Shown here piece by piece: positions 1 through 15,785 of a stretch of 64,000 nucleotides of DNA. Where the stretch lies: NCBI RefSeq assembly GCF_009914755.1, contig NC_060927.1; one strand, written 5' to 3'. Source of the stretch: the human T2T-CHM13v2.0 reference genome, Homo sapiens. Each line of letters starts with the position of its first letter. Positions within the stretch are counted from its first letter, which is position 1. The notes beneath the pieces are model-generated. The model was not told the DNA's origin, did not search any database, and worked only from the letters and a program-made list of their open reading frames with translations. The position numbers and the translations under genes were made by a program.

Positions 1-924
1 GAAAGTTTTAGAATCTAATTGTTTCAAAGTTTATTCTAAACATCCCAGAATGTTTTTAAACTATACCTTTATTGATTCTTAATGATTAAAAATTTTATAT
101 GAAAATTATACAGATTTTCATCTGTAAATTAAATATGGGAAACAATAAACATAATTCAGATATGTTCATTTCCTTTTCAAATACATAATACATATATGTC
201 TAGTTCCTAATGTTAAGAAAAATATACCCTGAAGATACGATTGTTATTTTAGATGAAAGGTAAAAAAATATACATTATTCTCCAAGGCAGATTTTCATTT
301 TGGAAAGATGCAGGCTGCATCAACACCATGCTAATATTGCCACTGACAACAAGGAAAAAATTAAGCAAATGGTTATTTCACTTACATAATATCATATAAC
401 TACAGTAAATCATAAAATAGCATCAATGTTAGTATACATCTCTGGAGAAGATATAACCAATACTTAAAAAAAAAAACAAAACGATGAGAACAGAGAAGAG
501 AGCAGGCAGCTCTTGTCCTGGGATTAGCAATTCTTTCAAATTCTGTTACTGTTCTTAACATCCATGCTCCTCATTATTCTCTTCCAGCCTATTTTGATTA
601 GGTGCTCATATAGTCAGTCTCAGACTCAACTTTTCTGCTATATGTGGACTTAAGCTTTGACTTCGGCATACATCTTGCTGTGCCCCTACTGTATTAAAAC
701 CTCTTTATGACAGGTCTGGGACAACAATTCTGATTGTTGCCCGTATCCAATAATTTGTCAGAATTTTTCCCATCTTGATCTTGACATATACAACACTGGA
801 TAAATTAGTAGTGGGATGTAGTCTGGCTCCTGCTCTTGAATCCATCCTCCTCAATTCCAACTTCCTTTGCCATGGTCTGTGACCTCACTTGACACACTAC
901 TGACTGGTTAGCTACGTGCAGTCA

Positions 925-1230
<306 letters not shown>

Positions 1231-2727
1231 CTAATGCCTATGAAATAGCAGGCCCACATCTATCACTATATCCATTGACTCCAAGTCTCACAAGAGACTT
1301 CCAGTCAACATCTATCAAGCCTTCTGCTATTTCTCAACCCCAACTTGAAGAATTGTTTGACATTATTTTTGTTTTTCATGTTCCATACACACTTGCTCTG
1401 TTTTCACTTGATATGAATTAAGTAAGAACTTAATATTGGCATCAATGCTAACATCTTAGGGATCCTAATATGCCCAGGACAAACGTAATTCCAATACTGT
1501 GGCATTTTCAACTTATTAATCATTAAAATTAATCTTGGAAATATTATAATGAACATGAGTTCTAAAGACTATTTATGTTTAATTAAATGAGCCTTTTTAA
1601 CAATACTATTTGTTAGCGAGTTACTCTGGAGAAAACATTTCTAAGCATACTTCAATTATCTAATGACATCATCTCCAGGCCACACTAGTAAACACTGGGG
1701 ATATTCGTCTCAGAATCTAGGAACAGTCTGCCCATAGTTATGAAAAATCTATACAGACGTATTTTCAAAATTCCAAAATAAGAAATCTATTGCAATGCCT
1801 TTCATGTCTTTTAGAAATTTGATATTTATTCACTTTTCTCATTAATTATCTCTCTGTGTATTGTAAAGCCCAGTGTAGAAGAAGAGGCAGAATTCCAACC
1901 TCCTCATGGCAAGTTCAGATGAATCTTAAAATGATTAGCTCTTAGTACATAAAGCAGGTCAGAGCTTTGTGTTTGCAACCAAGTATCCCCTAAATCTCTT
2001 AAGTTTGTTTTCCTACTCTTAAGAAAATAGCTTCTCAGCTTTTCACCCAAAAAGAAAACTGCATCTGATGATCAGTCCATTCCTAAAGTTCAATTCAGCC
2101 TCTATGAGTTTATTCAGTTGAGACAACAGAACCTCACTGGGCCATGAAGAATGACATTTTCATTACCAAAATAAATTAGTCTAAAGAAAAACCTTTAGTA
2201 TCTAAGGAAACTGAAATAAAATGTGAAAGGCAATTGTCAAGACATTTTACTTAAGTATAAAATATTCATGTGCTCTGCTAAACTCCCATAAAATACAATA
2301 TACTCCCATCTAATGTTCCTCATGGGCTTCTAAAGCAAGGAATAATTTAAGATTTCCAGGTGGCATAATATTTATTACAAGCTCTAGATTGAGTCTGAAC
2401 AGCCTATCGAGTGAACATGAATTTCCATTTTTTTACCAAAGGGTATCTAACGTTCACTCTTAGGTAATTTGGCAAGGTTTATTGAAAAAAAATAAACTAA
2501 ATAAAAATGACAGTCTTGCTCCCTGCTGTCGGTAGTTCAGAAATACCAATGTAGCATAAAGAGAAGAAATGGCATGCCATGGAGAGTGTGCTAAGCCAAG
2601 TAAATCTCAAGGTTCTCTTTAGCTACTTTGGCAAGACAATGATATCCTTAATCCTTCAGGCTTATAGCCAATCATCTATAATTTAGGATCAAGTCGCATC
2701 AGGCACATGCATGAACAACCAGGCCTA

Positions 2728-2940
<213 letters not shown>

Positions 2941-3159
2941 TCAGAAGAAGTTATTAGCAACATATCTTCCACAGAATATGGCACATAGTGGGCACTCTAT
3001 ATTTTTAGAAACATGAATAATAATAATTGGTATTTGTTTTAACTCTAGAGCTTACAATCCCCACAGTATAACCTGAGCATGGGTGTGTAGAAATTACTGT
3101 TGTTTCCTTTTATTTTATGGTAATAAAGCATTCAGAACAGATGCTTTGCAAATAAAAAA

Positions 3160-3370
3160 CTGGAGCTTGAGTCTTGGTTCTCCCACTTACTGTGTGACCT
3201 TGGGCATGTTATTTAACTCTGCTTGATGCTGCAATTTTCTCATCTATAAAAAAGAGTTAATAATTTTATTTATCTCATAGGGTTATTGTAGAGAATGAAA
3301 GTATTTACAATAGCACTGAGCATATTGTAAGTACTGGAAAAAATGTTAATTACCATCCTACTTTTTATTA
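3160..3370 (+). mobile_element. MIR SINE fragment
   Basis: MIR core-like ccacttactgtgtgaccttgggcatgttatttaactct...ttttctcatctataaaa...ctcatagggttattgt. Confidence 0.7.
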
Positions 3371-3723
3371 TTGGGTAAAAGCAAGTAAATCAAGTCCTCC
3401 TATGTTTCTGTTTCCTACATCCCTTCTTGTGTGTGTATGTGTGTGGGTGGGTGTGTGTGTCTTCTCTTCATACTTTCCCTCCTATATTGAATACTGAATA
3501 TTGTCTTTATTGAATATTGTCTTCTCCAATCCTGAAGTTTTTCCTACAGAAAGTCCTTCAGTACTGCTCTTCACAGAGAACAGAGAAAAGCCCAAATAGC
3601 CCAAAAGCCCAAAGTGAGGTGAAGTCTGAGCAACCATGTCCTGTGGAGGAACAAAGCAGCAACGCCCAGACCATTGTTCTCAGTGGCTCAGTGAGGACAG
3701 CTACCCACTGAGCAGAGTGTCTA

Positions 3724-4317
<594 letters not shown>

Positions 4318-4879
4318 TTACACTTCAGTGCCCATCACATTTCAGGATGTGATCCTCCCTGCAGGGGTGGCCTTCCAGTGGCTATAAAGCTAATTTACCT
4401 ACAGAGTTGGCCTTACTAGAAAGTAATTTCATTAGTCCTGAAAACAGGGGAACTTTAAATATAGATAGATCAGTAAACCTCATATTGTAACACTTCATAG
4501 ATACCCTGGATCTTTTCCTGTAAGTTTTCATTCCTCTTAATTGATGACATTTTTGGTTCTATAAAAAAAATTCAGCTGTCAAAATATGGACTTGAAAATT
4601 TCATGGTGCAATCTGTCTCTATAAATTGCATTCTTTGGCCAGAAATGATACAACAATTTTTCATTCTCTTTAATATGCCACATCAAAGCATGCCTATGAA
4701 TCATTTTAAGAGCTTGGATTTGTAGACATTTTGTGAGGACAGACTTTTATCAACATTATCTGGGCTAAATTATGCCAAAGAGTTACTATGTTCACATTAT
4801 GAAACATCTAAGTGCCACCAACGTGTGATTCGTACCTGACAGCCCTAAAGCTGCTCCTGGAAAATGGACAATACAAATA

Positions 4880-5100
4880 AAAGCTAATATTTATGGATGA
4901 GCTTATTGTGTGCTGAGCACTGTGTTAAATGCTTGCACAGATAATCTGAACTATAAACCAAAATATAGATATATTATTATCAGCCAGACAAAATTATGAT
5001 TTAGAGTTTAAATAACTTGCTCATTATCAAGTTGTGGCAATTGGTAGAGCCGTGAGGGGAAATCAGACAGCCAGGCACAGGAGCTGATGATCAGAACTAC
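4880..5100 (-). mobile_element. MIR-like fragment
   Basis: gctaatatttat...gcttattgtgtgctgagcactgtgttaaatgctt...ttaaataacttgctca resembles the reverse MIR consensus. Confidence 0.5.
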
Positions 5101-5159
5101 CAATATATTTCCCTAGAAATAAGGATAAAGAAGAGCAAGTGCTGCTTCTTCAAAAATCT

Positions 5160-6287
5160 ATTCATGCTCAAAGGAAACCATCAACAAAGCAAAGAGACAA
5201 CCTACAAAATGGGAGAAGATAGTTGCAAACTTTACATCTGATAGTATAAGGGGTTAATATCCAAAATATATAACAAAATCAAACAACTCTGCAACAAAGA
5301 AAACCTGATTTAAAAATGGACAAAAGACCTGAATAAACATTTCTCAAAAGAAGACACACAAATGGCCAACAGACATACGAAAAAATGTTCAACATCACTG
5401 ATTATCAGGGAAATACAAATCAAAACAACCTAAGTGAGTGAGACATCACTTCATTCCAGTCAGAATGGCTCCTATCAAAAAATCAAAAGATAAAAGTATT
5501 GGTGAAGATATGGGGCAGAGGAAACACTTACATATGGCTGGTGGGAATGTAAATTAGTATAGCCTTTATGGAAAATGATATGGAGGAATTGAAAATAGAA
5601 CTACCATATGATCCAGAAATTCCACTACTGGGTAAGGAAATGAAATCAGCATGTGGAAGAGATATCTGCACCACACCCTTATGTTTTTTGCAGCATTATT
5701 CACAAAAGCCAAGATATAAAATCAACTTAAATGTCCATCAATGAATAAATGAATAAAGAAAATGTGGTATATATACACACTGGAATAGTATTCAGCCATA
5801 AAAAGAATAAAAGCTTGTCATTTGCAGCAACATGAATGAACCTGGTGGACATTATGTTAGGTGAAATAAGCCAGGCATATAAAGACAAATATCACATCAT
5901 ATCACTTAGTTGTGGAATCTAAAAAGTTATTCTCATAAAAGCAGAGTAGAACAGTGGATACCAGAGGATGGGGAGGGGAGACAGGAGGGGTGAGAGATTG
6001 GTCAATGGGTAAAAAGCTAGTTATATGGGAGGAATGAGTTTTGGTGTTCTATTGCATAGTAGGATGACTAGAGTTAACAATAATGTATTGTATACTTCAA
6101 AATAGCTAGAAAAAAGATTTTTTAATGTTCTCATCACTAAGATATGATATATGTGTAAGGCTATTAATATGCTAATTACCATGATCTGATCATTGCACAA
6201 TTTATACATGTATTGAAACATCATGTTGTGCCTCATAAATATGTACAATTATTAATATTATGTGTCAATCATAAATTTAAAAAGAAA
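5160..6287 (+). mobile_element. L1 3' fragment (ORF2 C-terminus + 3'UTR), L1MA-like
   Basis: Degenerate ORF2 C-terminus (aaggaaaccatcaacaaag...aaaatgtggtatatatacac) followed by an L1MA-type 3'UTR ending tgtgtcaatcataaatttaaaaag. Confidence 0.88.
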
Positions 6288-6292
6288 TATAT

Positions 6293-6724
<432 letters not shown>

Positions 6725-6727
6725 TCA

Positions 6728-6958
<231 letters not shown>

Positions 6959-7679
6959 CTATCCACTTGAATGATGTGATCCAAGACTTTTAAAAGACTA
7001 TGCTGCCCAAAATTTATCCCCACTTGACAACCATAATACTGAGTTTCCCACACTAAACATTTTTATTACCTCATTAAATTATCTGGTAAATTATAAATTT
7101 TTGACAATAGAAGGTTAATTATCCTTTCATAATCGTTAACAACAAACCATGTAACAATTTATCAGATTAATTATCCATCACCACGACCCTAAAGCAAAGT
7201 TTCCCCACATGGGTATTATGAAATCACCGAGTTTTATAGCAATAACAATTAAAAGAGGGGGCAGGCCTATGAACAAATAATGTTTTGTACTTCAAACAAA
7301 GTCAATAAGGGTTTTTTTTCATCAATTTTCTCAGGATATTTAGCACTCCTTGTGGCATTTTCAAGACTTACCTGATCACAGAATCCATTCTCTTGGAGTC
7401 TACAGCATCTTGAAGAACTACAATTTGTGGAACATACTTGGAAAATGCCACCCCAAAGAAGTAGGACATAGGACAGATACATTTTGAACAGAAAGAACAG
7501 TATTAGAGAGGTCAGTATCTTCTGGCACTGCTGATAAATTTGAGGACAGGACAGGATGGGCAAAGAATGAAATGCCTTGTGCCTGGTGGGGAAGGGAGGA
7601 GTGTAAAGATTCCATTGTTGGGGCATTAATACCACCCTGTTTTCACTTGATGATCCGAGCTCTGGCCATCAGCCTATAC

Positions 7680-8520
7680 TAAGCCTCTTGTTCCTTCTAG
7701 AGCCATCTAGATCTCATGTGAGCATTTGCAACCAAAGTTATGGGGTCTTTCACCATCATTCTCTCTTCACCTTCCTGAAATCTTTTATTCCCACCACTCT
7801 AAAGGTCTCTTAGTTGTCCTACCAGTGTTACTCCTCAGCCTCAGAGTTTCCAGTATGTTCTGCTTCTCTTCCTGCCTCCTGATCTTTCTTTCCCCACTCT
7901 TTATTTTCTATTCCCTTCTTTCTCTCACCCTTTTTAACATGTGGTATATATACACAATGGAACATTCCTTATCTTCATTCCTCCCTTTCTCTCTATCCAC
8001 TCAAACTGGCTTAGAGATTTCATATATCACCATGAGTTCCAATGTCACTGCTATACAAATGGCTCTTAAATTCTCTTCATTCATAATCTTTGCTAGAAAT
8101 AGTTTCCATTTGCCAGTTGACAGTTCTGTATAATGCTTCCATCTGCAAAAGATCTCAACATGTCAAAAATCCAAATTTGACATCTTCCCTCCATACCAGC
8201 CCTCTGTCTGCAATTCCCAAATATGGTTAATAGACCAACATTCCAGCCTCTTTGGGTGTCTTTCTCTTCCCCAGTCAAATCAAATACTTAGATTATATCT
8301 CTGCAATATGTTACATATTCGTTTCTTACTATTTTACTTCAAACAGTCAATGACAGTTTCCTAGTTCTGTGCTAACTACCTCATGGTTGACTTATTGTAA
8401 CAGCGTACTGACAAATTTTACTGCTTCTAGTCTACCCATCTCTGGCACATTCTTCATCTGGCTACTAGATTAATTATTCTACTCTGGGGCATTTTCATTT
8501 ATTCTATAAGAATTTCTTAT
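7680..8520 (+). mobile_element. L2 LINE fragment (old, degenerate)
   Basis: L2-like motifs such as ctcaacatgtcaaaaatccaaatttgacatcttccctcc and a pyrimidine-rich composition. Confidence 0.6.
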
Positions 8521-9329
8521 TTGCCATGTGGAAGTCACTTTGTTCATAGTGATGCAGGGTACAGAGCCGTCAGCATAAAATGACTAAAATTCAAGGTAAA
8601 ATGTGGTAAGTGCTAAGGCATTACTGATCAACTGCCATGAAAGGCCAGCATAGAAATCAAAGAAGGCTGAGTTGAACACTGATATTTGAACTGGACCATA
8701 AAATATGGGTAGGATTTGCAAGATGAAAACACTCTGGATGGAGAAAACAACATGATAAAAGATAAGGCTAATGCCCCATTAGAAAGCCTTTGCTAGTTTT
8801 TTCGTTTAGTATATGATAAAATTCAAATGTGGAGCTCTGTTATTTAAGACCCAATAATACATAGATCTAATCTATGTTTTCAGAATTATTTCCCTCTATT
8901 CTTCTATCCTTGCTTTTCAGTTATATATGAATATCCAATTAAGTATTTGAGAGAGGCACTGGAAGCCATAGAGTAAATATGGTACACCTTCTTAAGTGTT
9001 AATTTTGCTCAAAAAGTTTAAGGAAGAATAATTTTCTATTAAAATAAAGATAGATGAATTAATGCAAGAGAACGCAAAGTTTGCCTGAATTTCAAAAAAA
9101 GAATTCAAAGTTTTAAATTTATTTTTTGCTTGCAGTAGCTGTTTTGAATTGTTAGGAGCTAAGTTTCTGAAGTACACCTTCTTGTCCAACCCAAACAATA
9201 TTCTTAGTCTTCTCTAGGTACCTCTTATATTTCTGTCGGTTTTGTTTTCATTCATGGTATACTTTTTCATGCCTCTATGAATTTCTTTTTACACACAGAC
9301 CCACATCTACCTATTCACACACCAACTCT

Positions 9330-9855
9330 CTAAGGCCCATCTTATTCAGGTAGAATTCCTTAATAACTAGGATTAAAAGAAATAGTTCCTCTTCTGACCT
9401 CTTAACATCATTCACATTTAACTTGTAACATTTAATGTTATACAGTTTCAGCTCCTTGGCTAAATTATAAATTCTGAAACCATGCATCTTGTCTTAATCT
9501 GTAACCGTACAGTAGCAAGCATAGTGACCTATACATATTGAGTGTTCAATAAATATCTGTCACATAAATGAAGAAAAAAATTATCTGCTTAAATGTCACC
9601 TACTCAGGCAAGCCTTCCCTGACCACCCTATCTGAAGACTCTCTGAGTCTCTCATCTCTCACTCTATTTCATTTTTTATAACACTTACTACTGTATGACA
9701 CTGTGATCTATATTTACTTGTTTATGTTCTATCTCTTCTATTATAAAGTAAGTTCTAGAAGAGCAAATACTTTGTTTTTTTCCTTCTACAACAGCAGTGT
9801 CTAGAATAATACCTACCACGATAGGCATTTAACAAATATTTGCTGAATCAATGTG
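9330..9855 (+). mobile_element. Two L2 3'-end fragments
   Basis: ctgcttaaatgtcacctactcaggcaagccttccctgaccaccctatct; terminal motifs ttcaataaatatctgt (~9545) and aacaaatatttgctgaat (~9832). Confidence 0.7.
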
Positions 9856-9889
9856 TGAATTATTCTATGTTTTAAATAATCAGATCCTT

Positions 9890-12800
9890 TGAATGGAGCA
9901 ACAGGTTGCTGCAAATTCCATGAGACAGGTGAAAAACTGGTGCTTTCTCAAAAGCACCACCTCCTGGCTGGAGGCCAACAAACTCAGGACATTACAGCAA
10001 CTCATGACAGAACAACCCTGCTCCAAGGAAGGAGAAAACAACAGCTAATCCCACTGCCTGTAACATCCTGGCTAACCAGTGGTCCTGAGTCTGTCCATGT
10101 GACAACTTCACTGTTAGCATAATGAGCATTCAAGAAAGCCAGCACACTAAATATATCTACAAGGACTCTCACAGAAGCTACTTCACTCTCCTGACACCTC
10201 CACCAGAGCAGGTGCTGGTACCTATGGCTGAAACACCTAAAGATGAATCACATCAGAGGACTCTTTGCAGACACTCCCCAGCACCAGCCCAAAGGCTGGT
10301 AGTCCCACTGGGTGACTAGACCCAGAAGAGCAGTAACAATCACTCCAGTCTGGCTCGTAGGAAGCCCCATCCCTAGGGGAAGGGGAAGGGACAGTGCACC
10401 ACAGCAAGGGACCACCCCACCCCATGGGACAAAAGAGTCTGAACAGCAGCCCTTGAATTCCAGATTTTTTCACTGGAATAGTCTACCTGAATGAGAAGGA
10501 ATCAGAAAAGTAATTCTGGTAATATGACAAATCAAGATTCTATAACACCCGCAAAAGACCACACTGGCTCCCCAGCAATGAATCCAAACCAAGAAGAAAC
10601 CTCTGAATTGTCAAATAAACAATTCAGAAGGCAGATTATTAAGCTACTCCAGGATATACCAGAGAAAACTGAAAAGCAATGAAAAGAAATTTTTAAAAAT
10701 ACAGGATATGGATGAAAAAATGGTCCAGATAAATAGATATCAAAAAGAAAAAAACAATCACAACTTCTGAAAATGAAAGACACACTTAAAGATATAGAAA
10801 ATGCACTGGAAAGTTTCAACAATAGAATCAAACAAGTAGAAGAAAGAACTTCAGAGCTCAAAGACAAGGATTTCAAATCAACCCAATCAGAAAAAGAAAA
10901 AATAATTTCTAAAAAAAATGAATAAAGACTCCAAGAAATTTGAGATTATATTAAATGGCCAAACCTAAGAATAATTAGTGTTCCTGAGGAAGAAGATAAA
11001 TCTAAAAGTTTAGAAAATTCCTTAGAAGGAATAATTGAGGAAAACTTCCATGACCTTTCTAGAGATCCAAACATCCAAATACAAGAAGCTCAAAGAACAC
11101 CTGGGAAATTCATCACAAAAAGATCATCGCCCAGGCACATAATCATCAGGTTATCTAAAGTCAAACAAAGGAAAGAATCTTGAGGGCTAAGAAGCAAAAG
11201 CATCAGCTAATCTATAAAGGAAAACCTCTCAGATTAACAGTAGATTTCTCAGCAGAAACCCTACAAGCCAGAAGGGACTGGGGTCCTATCTTTAGCCTCC
11301 TCAAACAAAGTAATTGCCAGCCAAGAATTTTGTATCCAGCAAAACTAAGCTTCATAAATGAAGGAGAAAGTCTTTTTCAGTCTTTCTGAGAGTTAACAAC
11401 TACCAAGCCAGCACTACAATAAAGGCTAGAAGGAGTTCTAAATCTTGAAACAAAACCTCAAAATTCACCAAAGCAGAACCTCCTTAAAGCACAAATCTCA
11501 CAGAGCCTATGAAACAATAACACAGTGGAAAAACAACAACAACAACAATGTATTCAGGCAAAAACTAGCACAATAAATAAAACAGTACCTCACGTCTCAA
11601 TACTAACATTGAATGTAAAAGGCCTAAATGCTCTGCTTAAAGGATACAGAATGCCAGAATGGATAAAAATCCACCAGTCAAGTATCTGCTATCTGCAAGA
11701 GACTCACCTAACATATAAGGACTCATAAACTTAAGGTAAAGGGGTGGAAAAAGATATTCCATGCAAACAGACATGAAAAGCAAGCAGGAGTAGCTATTCT
11801 TATATCAGACAAAACAGACTCTGAGGCAACAACAGTTAAAAAAGACAAACAAGAGCTTGCAGTTAGCCAAGATCACACCACTGCACTCCACCCTGGGCAA
11901 CAGAGTGTGACCCCATGTCAAAAAAAAAACACAAACAAGAACATTATATGATGATTTAAAAAATCAGTCCAACAGGAAAATATCACAATCCTAAATACAT
12001 ATGCGCCCAACATGAGAGCTCCCAAATTTATGAAACAATTATTAGTAGACATAAGAAATGAGATAGATGGCAACACAGTAACTGGGGGACTTCAGTACTG
12101 CACTGACACGAGTAAACAGGTTGTCAAGACAGAAAGTCAACAAAGAAACAATCGAATTAAACTATACCCTAGAACAAATGGACTTAACAGATATTTACAG
12201 AACATCCTACCCAACAACTGCAGAATATACATCCTTTTCATCAGCACATGGAACATTCTCCAAGATACAACATAAAATAGGTGAAAAAACAAGTTTCAAT
12301 AAATTTTAGAAAATTGAAGTTATATCAAGTACCCTCTCAAACTATAGTGGAATAAAATTGGAAATTAGCTCCAAAAGGAACCCTCAAAACTATACAAATA
12401 CATGAAAATTAAGTAATCTGCTCCTCAATGATCTTTGGGTCAACAATGAAATCAAGATGGAACTTTAAAAATTCTTTGAACTGAACAATAATAGTGACAC
12501 AACTTTTCAAAACCTCTGGGATACAGCAAAACTGGTGCTAGGGTAGAAAGTTCATAGCATTAAATACCTATATCAAAAAGTCTGAAAGAGCACAAATAGA
12601 CAATATAAAGTCATACATCAAGGAACTAGAGAAACAAGAAAAAAACAAACCCAAACCCAGCAGAAGAAAAAATATAACAAGGATCACAGCAAAAATAAAT
12701 GAAATGGAAACAACAACAAAAAAAATGCAAAAGATAAATGCAACATAAAGCTGGTTCTTTGAAAAGATAAACAAAATTGGTAGACCATTAGTGCAATTAA

Positions 12801-15785
12801 CCAAGAATAGAAGAGAGAAGATCCATATAAGCTAAATTAGAAATGAAATGGGAGATATTACAACTGATACCACAGAAATATGAAAGATCATTCAAGGCAA
12901 CTATGAACACCTTTATGCATACAAACTGGACAATCCAGAGGATTTGGATGCATTTCTGGAAATACACAATGCCCCTTGATTAAATCGGGAAGAAATAGAA
13001 ACTCTGAACAGACCAATAACAAGTAGTGAGATTAAGTAATAAAAAAAAAATGCCAACAAAAAAAGTCCAGGACTGGATGGATTCATAGCTGAATTCTATC
13101 AGACATTCAAAGAATAATTGGTACCAATCTTACTGAAACTATTCCAAAAGATAGAGAAAGAGGATATCTTCCCTAAATCATTCTATGGAGCCAGTATCAC
13201 CCTGATACCAAAAACAGGAAAGGACATAATAAAAAAAGAAAACTGCAGACCAATGACCCTGTTGAACATAGATGAGAAAATCCTGAACAAAATACTAGCC
13301 AACTAAATCCAACAGCATTTCAAAAAGATAATCCAACATGATCAAGTGGGTTTCATACCAGGGATGCAGAGATGGTTTAACACACACAAGTTAATAAATG
13401 TAATACATCACATAAACAGAATTAAAAATAAATATCATATGATTATCTCAATAGATGCAGAAAAGACATTTGACAAAATCCAGCATCACTTTATGATTAA
13501 AACCCTCAGCAAAATCAGCATAGAATGAACATACTTCAAAGTAATAAAAGCCATCTATGACAAACCCACAGCCAACATTATGTTGAATGGGGAAAAGTTG
13601 AAAGCATTAACCCTGAGAATTGAAACAAGACAAAAATGCCCACTTTCACCACGTCTATTCAACATAGTACTGGAAGTCCTACCAGAGCAATCAGACAAGA
13701 GAAAGAAATAAAAGGCATCCAAATCAGTAAAGAGGAAGTCAAACTGTTGCTGTTTCCCAATGATATGATTGTATACCTAGAAAACCCTGACTTCTCTAGA
13801 AAACCCTAATGACTCCTTCAAATGCTCCTAGATCAGATAAATGAATTCAGTAAAGCTTCAGAATACAAAATCAATATATAGAAATTGGTAAAACTGCTAT
13901 ACACCAACAACAACCAAGCTGAGAACCAAATCAAGAACTCAACCCCTTTTAAGACAGCTGCAAAAAAAAAAAGTAAATAAAGTATTTAGGAATATACCTG
14001 ACCAAGGAGGTGAAAGATCTCTACAAGGAAAACTATAAAACACTGCTGAAAGAAATCATACCTGACACAAACAAATGGAAACACATCCCATGCTCATAGA
14101 TGAATAGAATCAATATTGCAAAAATGATCTTACTTTCAAAAGCAACCACAAATTCAAGCAATTCCCATGAAAATACCATCATCATTCTTCACAGAATTAG
14201 AAAAAACAAACCTAAAATTCATATTGAACCTAAAAAGAGCCCACACAGCCAAAGTAATAGTAAGCAAAAAGAACAAATCTGGAAGCATCACATTACTTTA
14301 TTTCAACCTATACTACAAGGCTATAGTTACCAAAACAGGATGTTACATAGAGCAGTGGGACATAGACCGGTGGGACATAGACATAAAAAGGCAAATAGAC
14401 CAGAGGGACAAAATAGAGAACCCAGAAATAAAACCAAATACTTAAAGCCAACTAATCTTTGACAAAGCAAACAAAAGCATAAAGTGGGTAAAGGACATGC
14501 TATTCAACAAATGGTGCTAGGATAATTGGCAAGCCACATGTAGAATGAAGCTGGATCCTTGCCTCTTAACTTACACAAAAATCAATGCAAGATGGATCAA
14601 ATACTTAAATCTAAGACCTGAAACCATAAAAATTCTAGAAGAACATGGGAAAAACTCTTGTAGACATTGACTTAGGCAAAGAGTTCATGACCAAGAACCC
14701 AAAATCAAATGCAACAAAACAAAAATAAATAAATAGATGGGACCTAATTAAACTAAGCAGCTTCTGCACAGCAAAAGACATTATCAGCAGAGTAAACAGA
14801 CAATCCATAGAGTGGGAGAAAATCTTCGCAAACCATGCATTCAACAAAGAATTAATTTCCAGAATCTACAAGAACTCAAACAAATCAGCAAGAAAAAAAA
14901 ATTACAAATAATCCCACCAAATATAGTCAAAGGACATAAATAGAAAATTTTTAAAAGAACATATACAAATGGCCAACAAACATATGAAAAAATGCTCAAC
15001 ATCACTCATTATCAGGGAAATGCAAATCAAAACAGCAATGAGATACCACCTTACTCCTGCAAGAATGGTCATAATCAAAAAGCAAAATATAATACATGTT
15101 GGCATGGACGTGGTGAAAAGGCAGCCCTTTTAAACTGCTGGTGGTAATGTAAACTAGAACAATACTATGGAAAACAGTATGGAAACTTCTTAAAGAACTA
15201 AAACTAGATATACCATTTGATCCAGCAATCCCACTATGGGGTATCTCCCCAGACAAAAAGAAGTCATTATATGAAAAAGACAGATGCACACGCATGTTTA
15301 TAGCAGCACAATTCATAACTGCAAAAATATGGAACCAGCCCAAATGCCCGTCAATCAATAAGTGGATAAAGAAAATGTACCATATATATATTATATATTA
15401 TATATTATATATATATATATGCACCCTGGAATACCACTGAAATAATGACATTCATAGCAACCAGGATGGAGTTAGAGACCATTATTCTAAGTGAAGTAAC
15501 TCAGGAATGGAAAAATCAAACATTGTATGTTCTCACTTATAAGTGGAAGCTAAGCTATGAGGATACAAAGGCATGAGAATGATATAATGGACTTTGGGTA
15601 CTTGCGGGGAAGGGTGGAAGGGGAGTGAGGGATAAAAGACTGCACATTGGGAACAGTGAACACTGCTTGTGTGATGGGTACACCAAAATCTCAGAAATCA
15701 CCACTAAATAACTTTTCCTTGCAACCAAACACCACCTGTACCCCCAAAACTATTGAAATAAAAAATAAAAAGCAAATAAATAAAT
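9890..15785 (+). mobile_element. L1PB-type LINE-1, ~5.9 kb (partial 5'UTR, ORF1, ORF2, 3'UTR), inactive
   Basis: ORF1 start MRRNQKSNSGNM at 10491; EN motif ILTLNVKGLN near 11600; RT FADD motif mutated to FPND near 13753. L1PB1-like 3'UTR (caccaaaatctcagaaatcaccactaaa...ctattgaaataaaaa). Many stops and frameshifts. Confidence 0.93.
11853..11929 (+). mobile_element. Very short Alu 3' fragment inside L1PB ORF2
   Basis: gagcttgcagttagccaagatcacaccactgcactcca...gtc followed by an A tail; TSD aaaaaagacaaacaaga / aaaaaacacaaacaaga. Confidence 0.88.

Noticed and set aside
718-742. Small hairpin ggg(a)caacaat-tctg-attgttg-ccc
   Set aside because: A 10-bp interrupted stem is expected by chance in 64 kb; no ncRNA context
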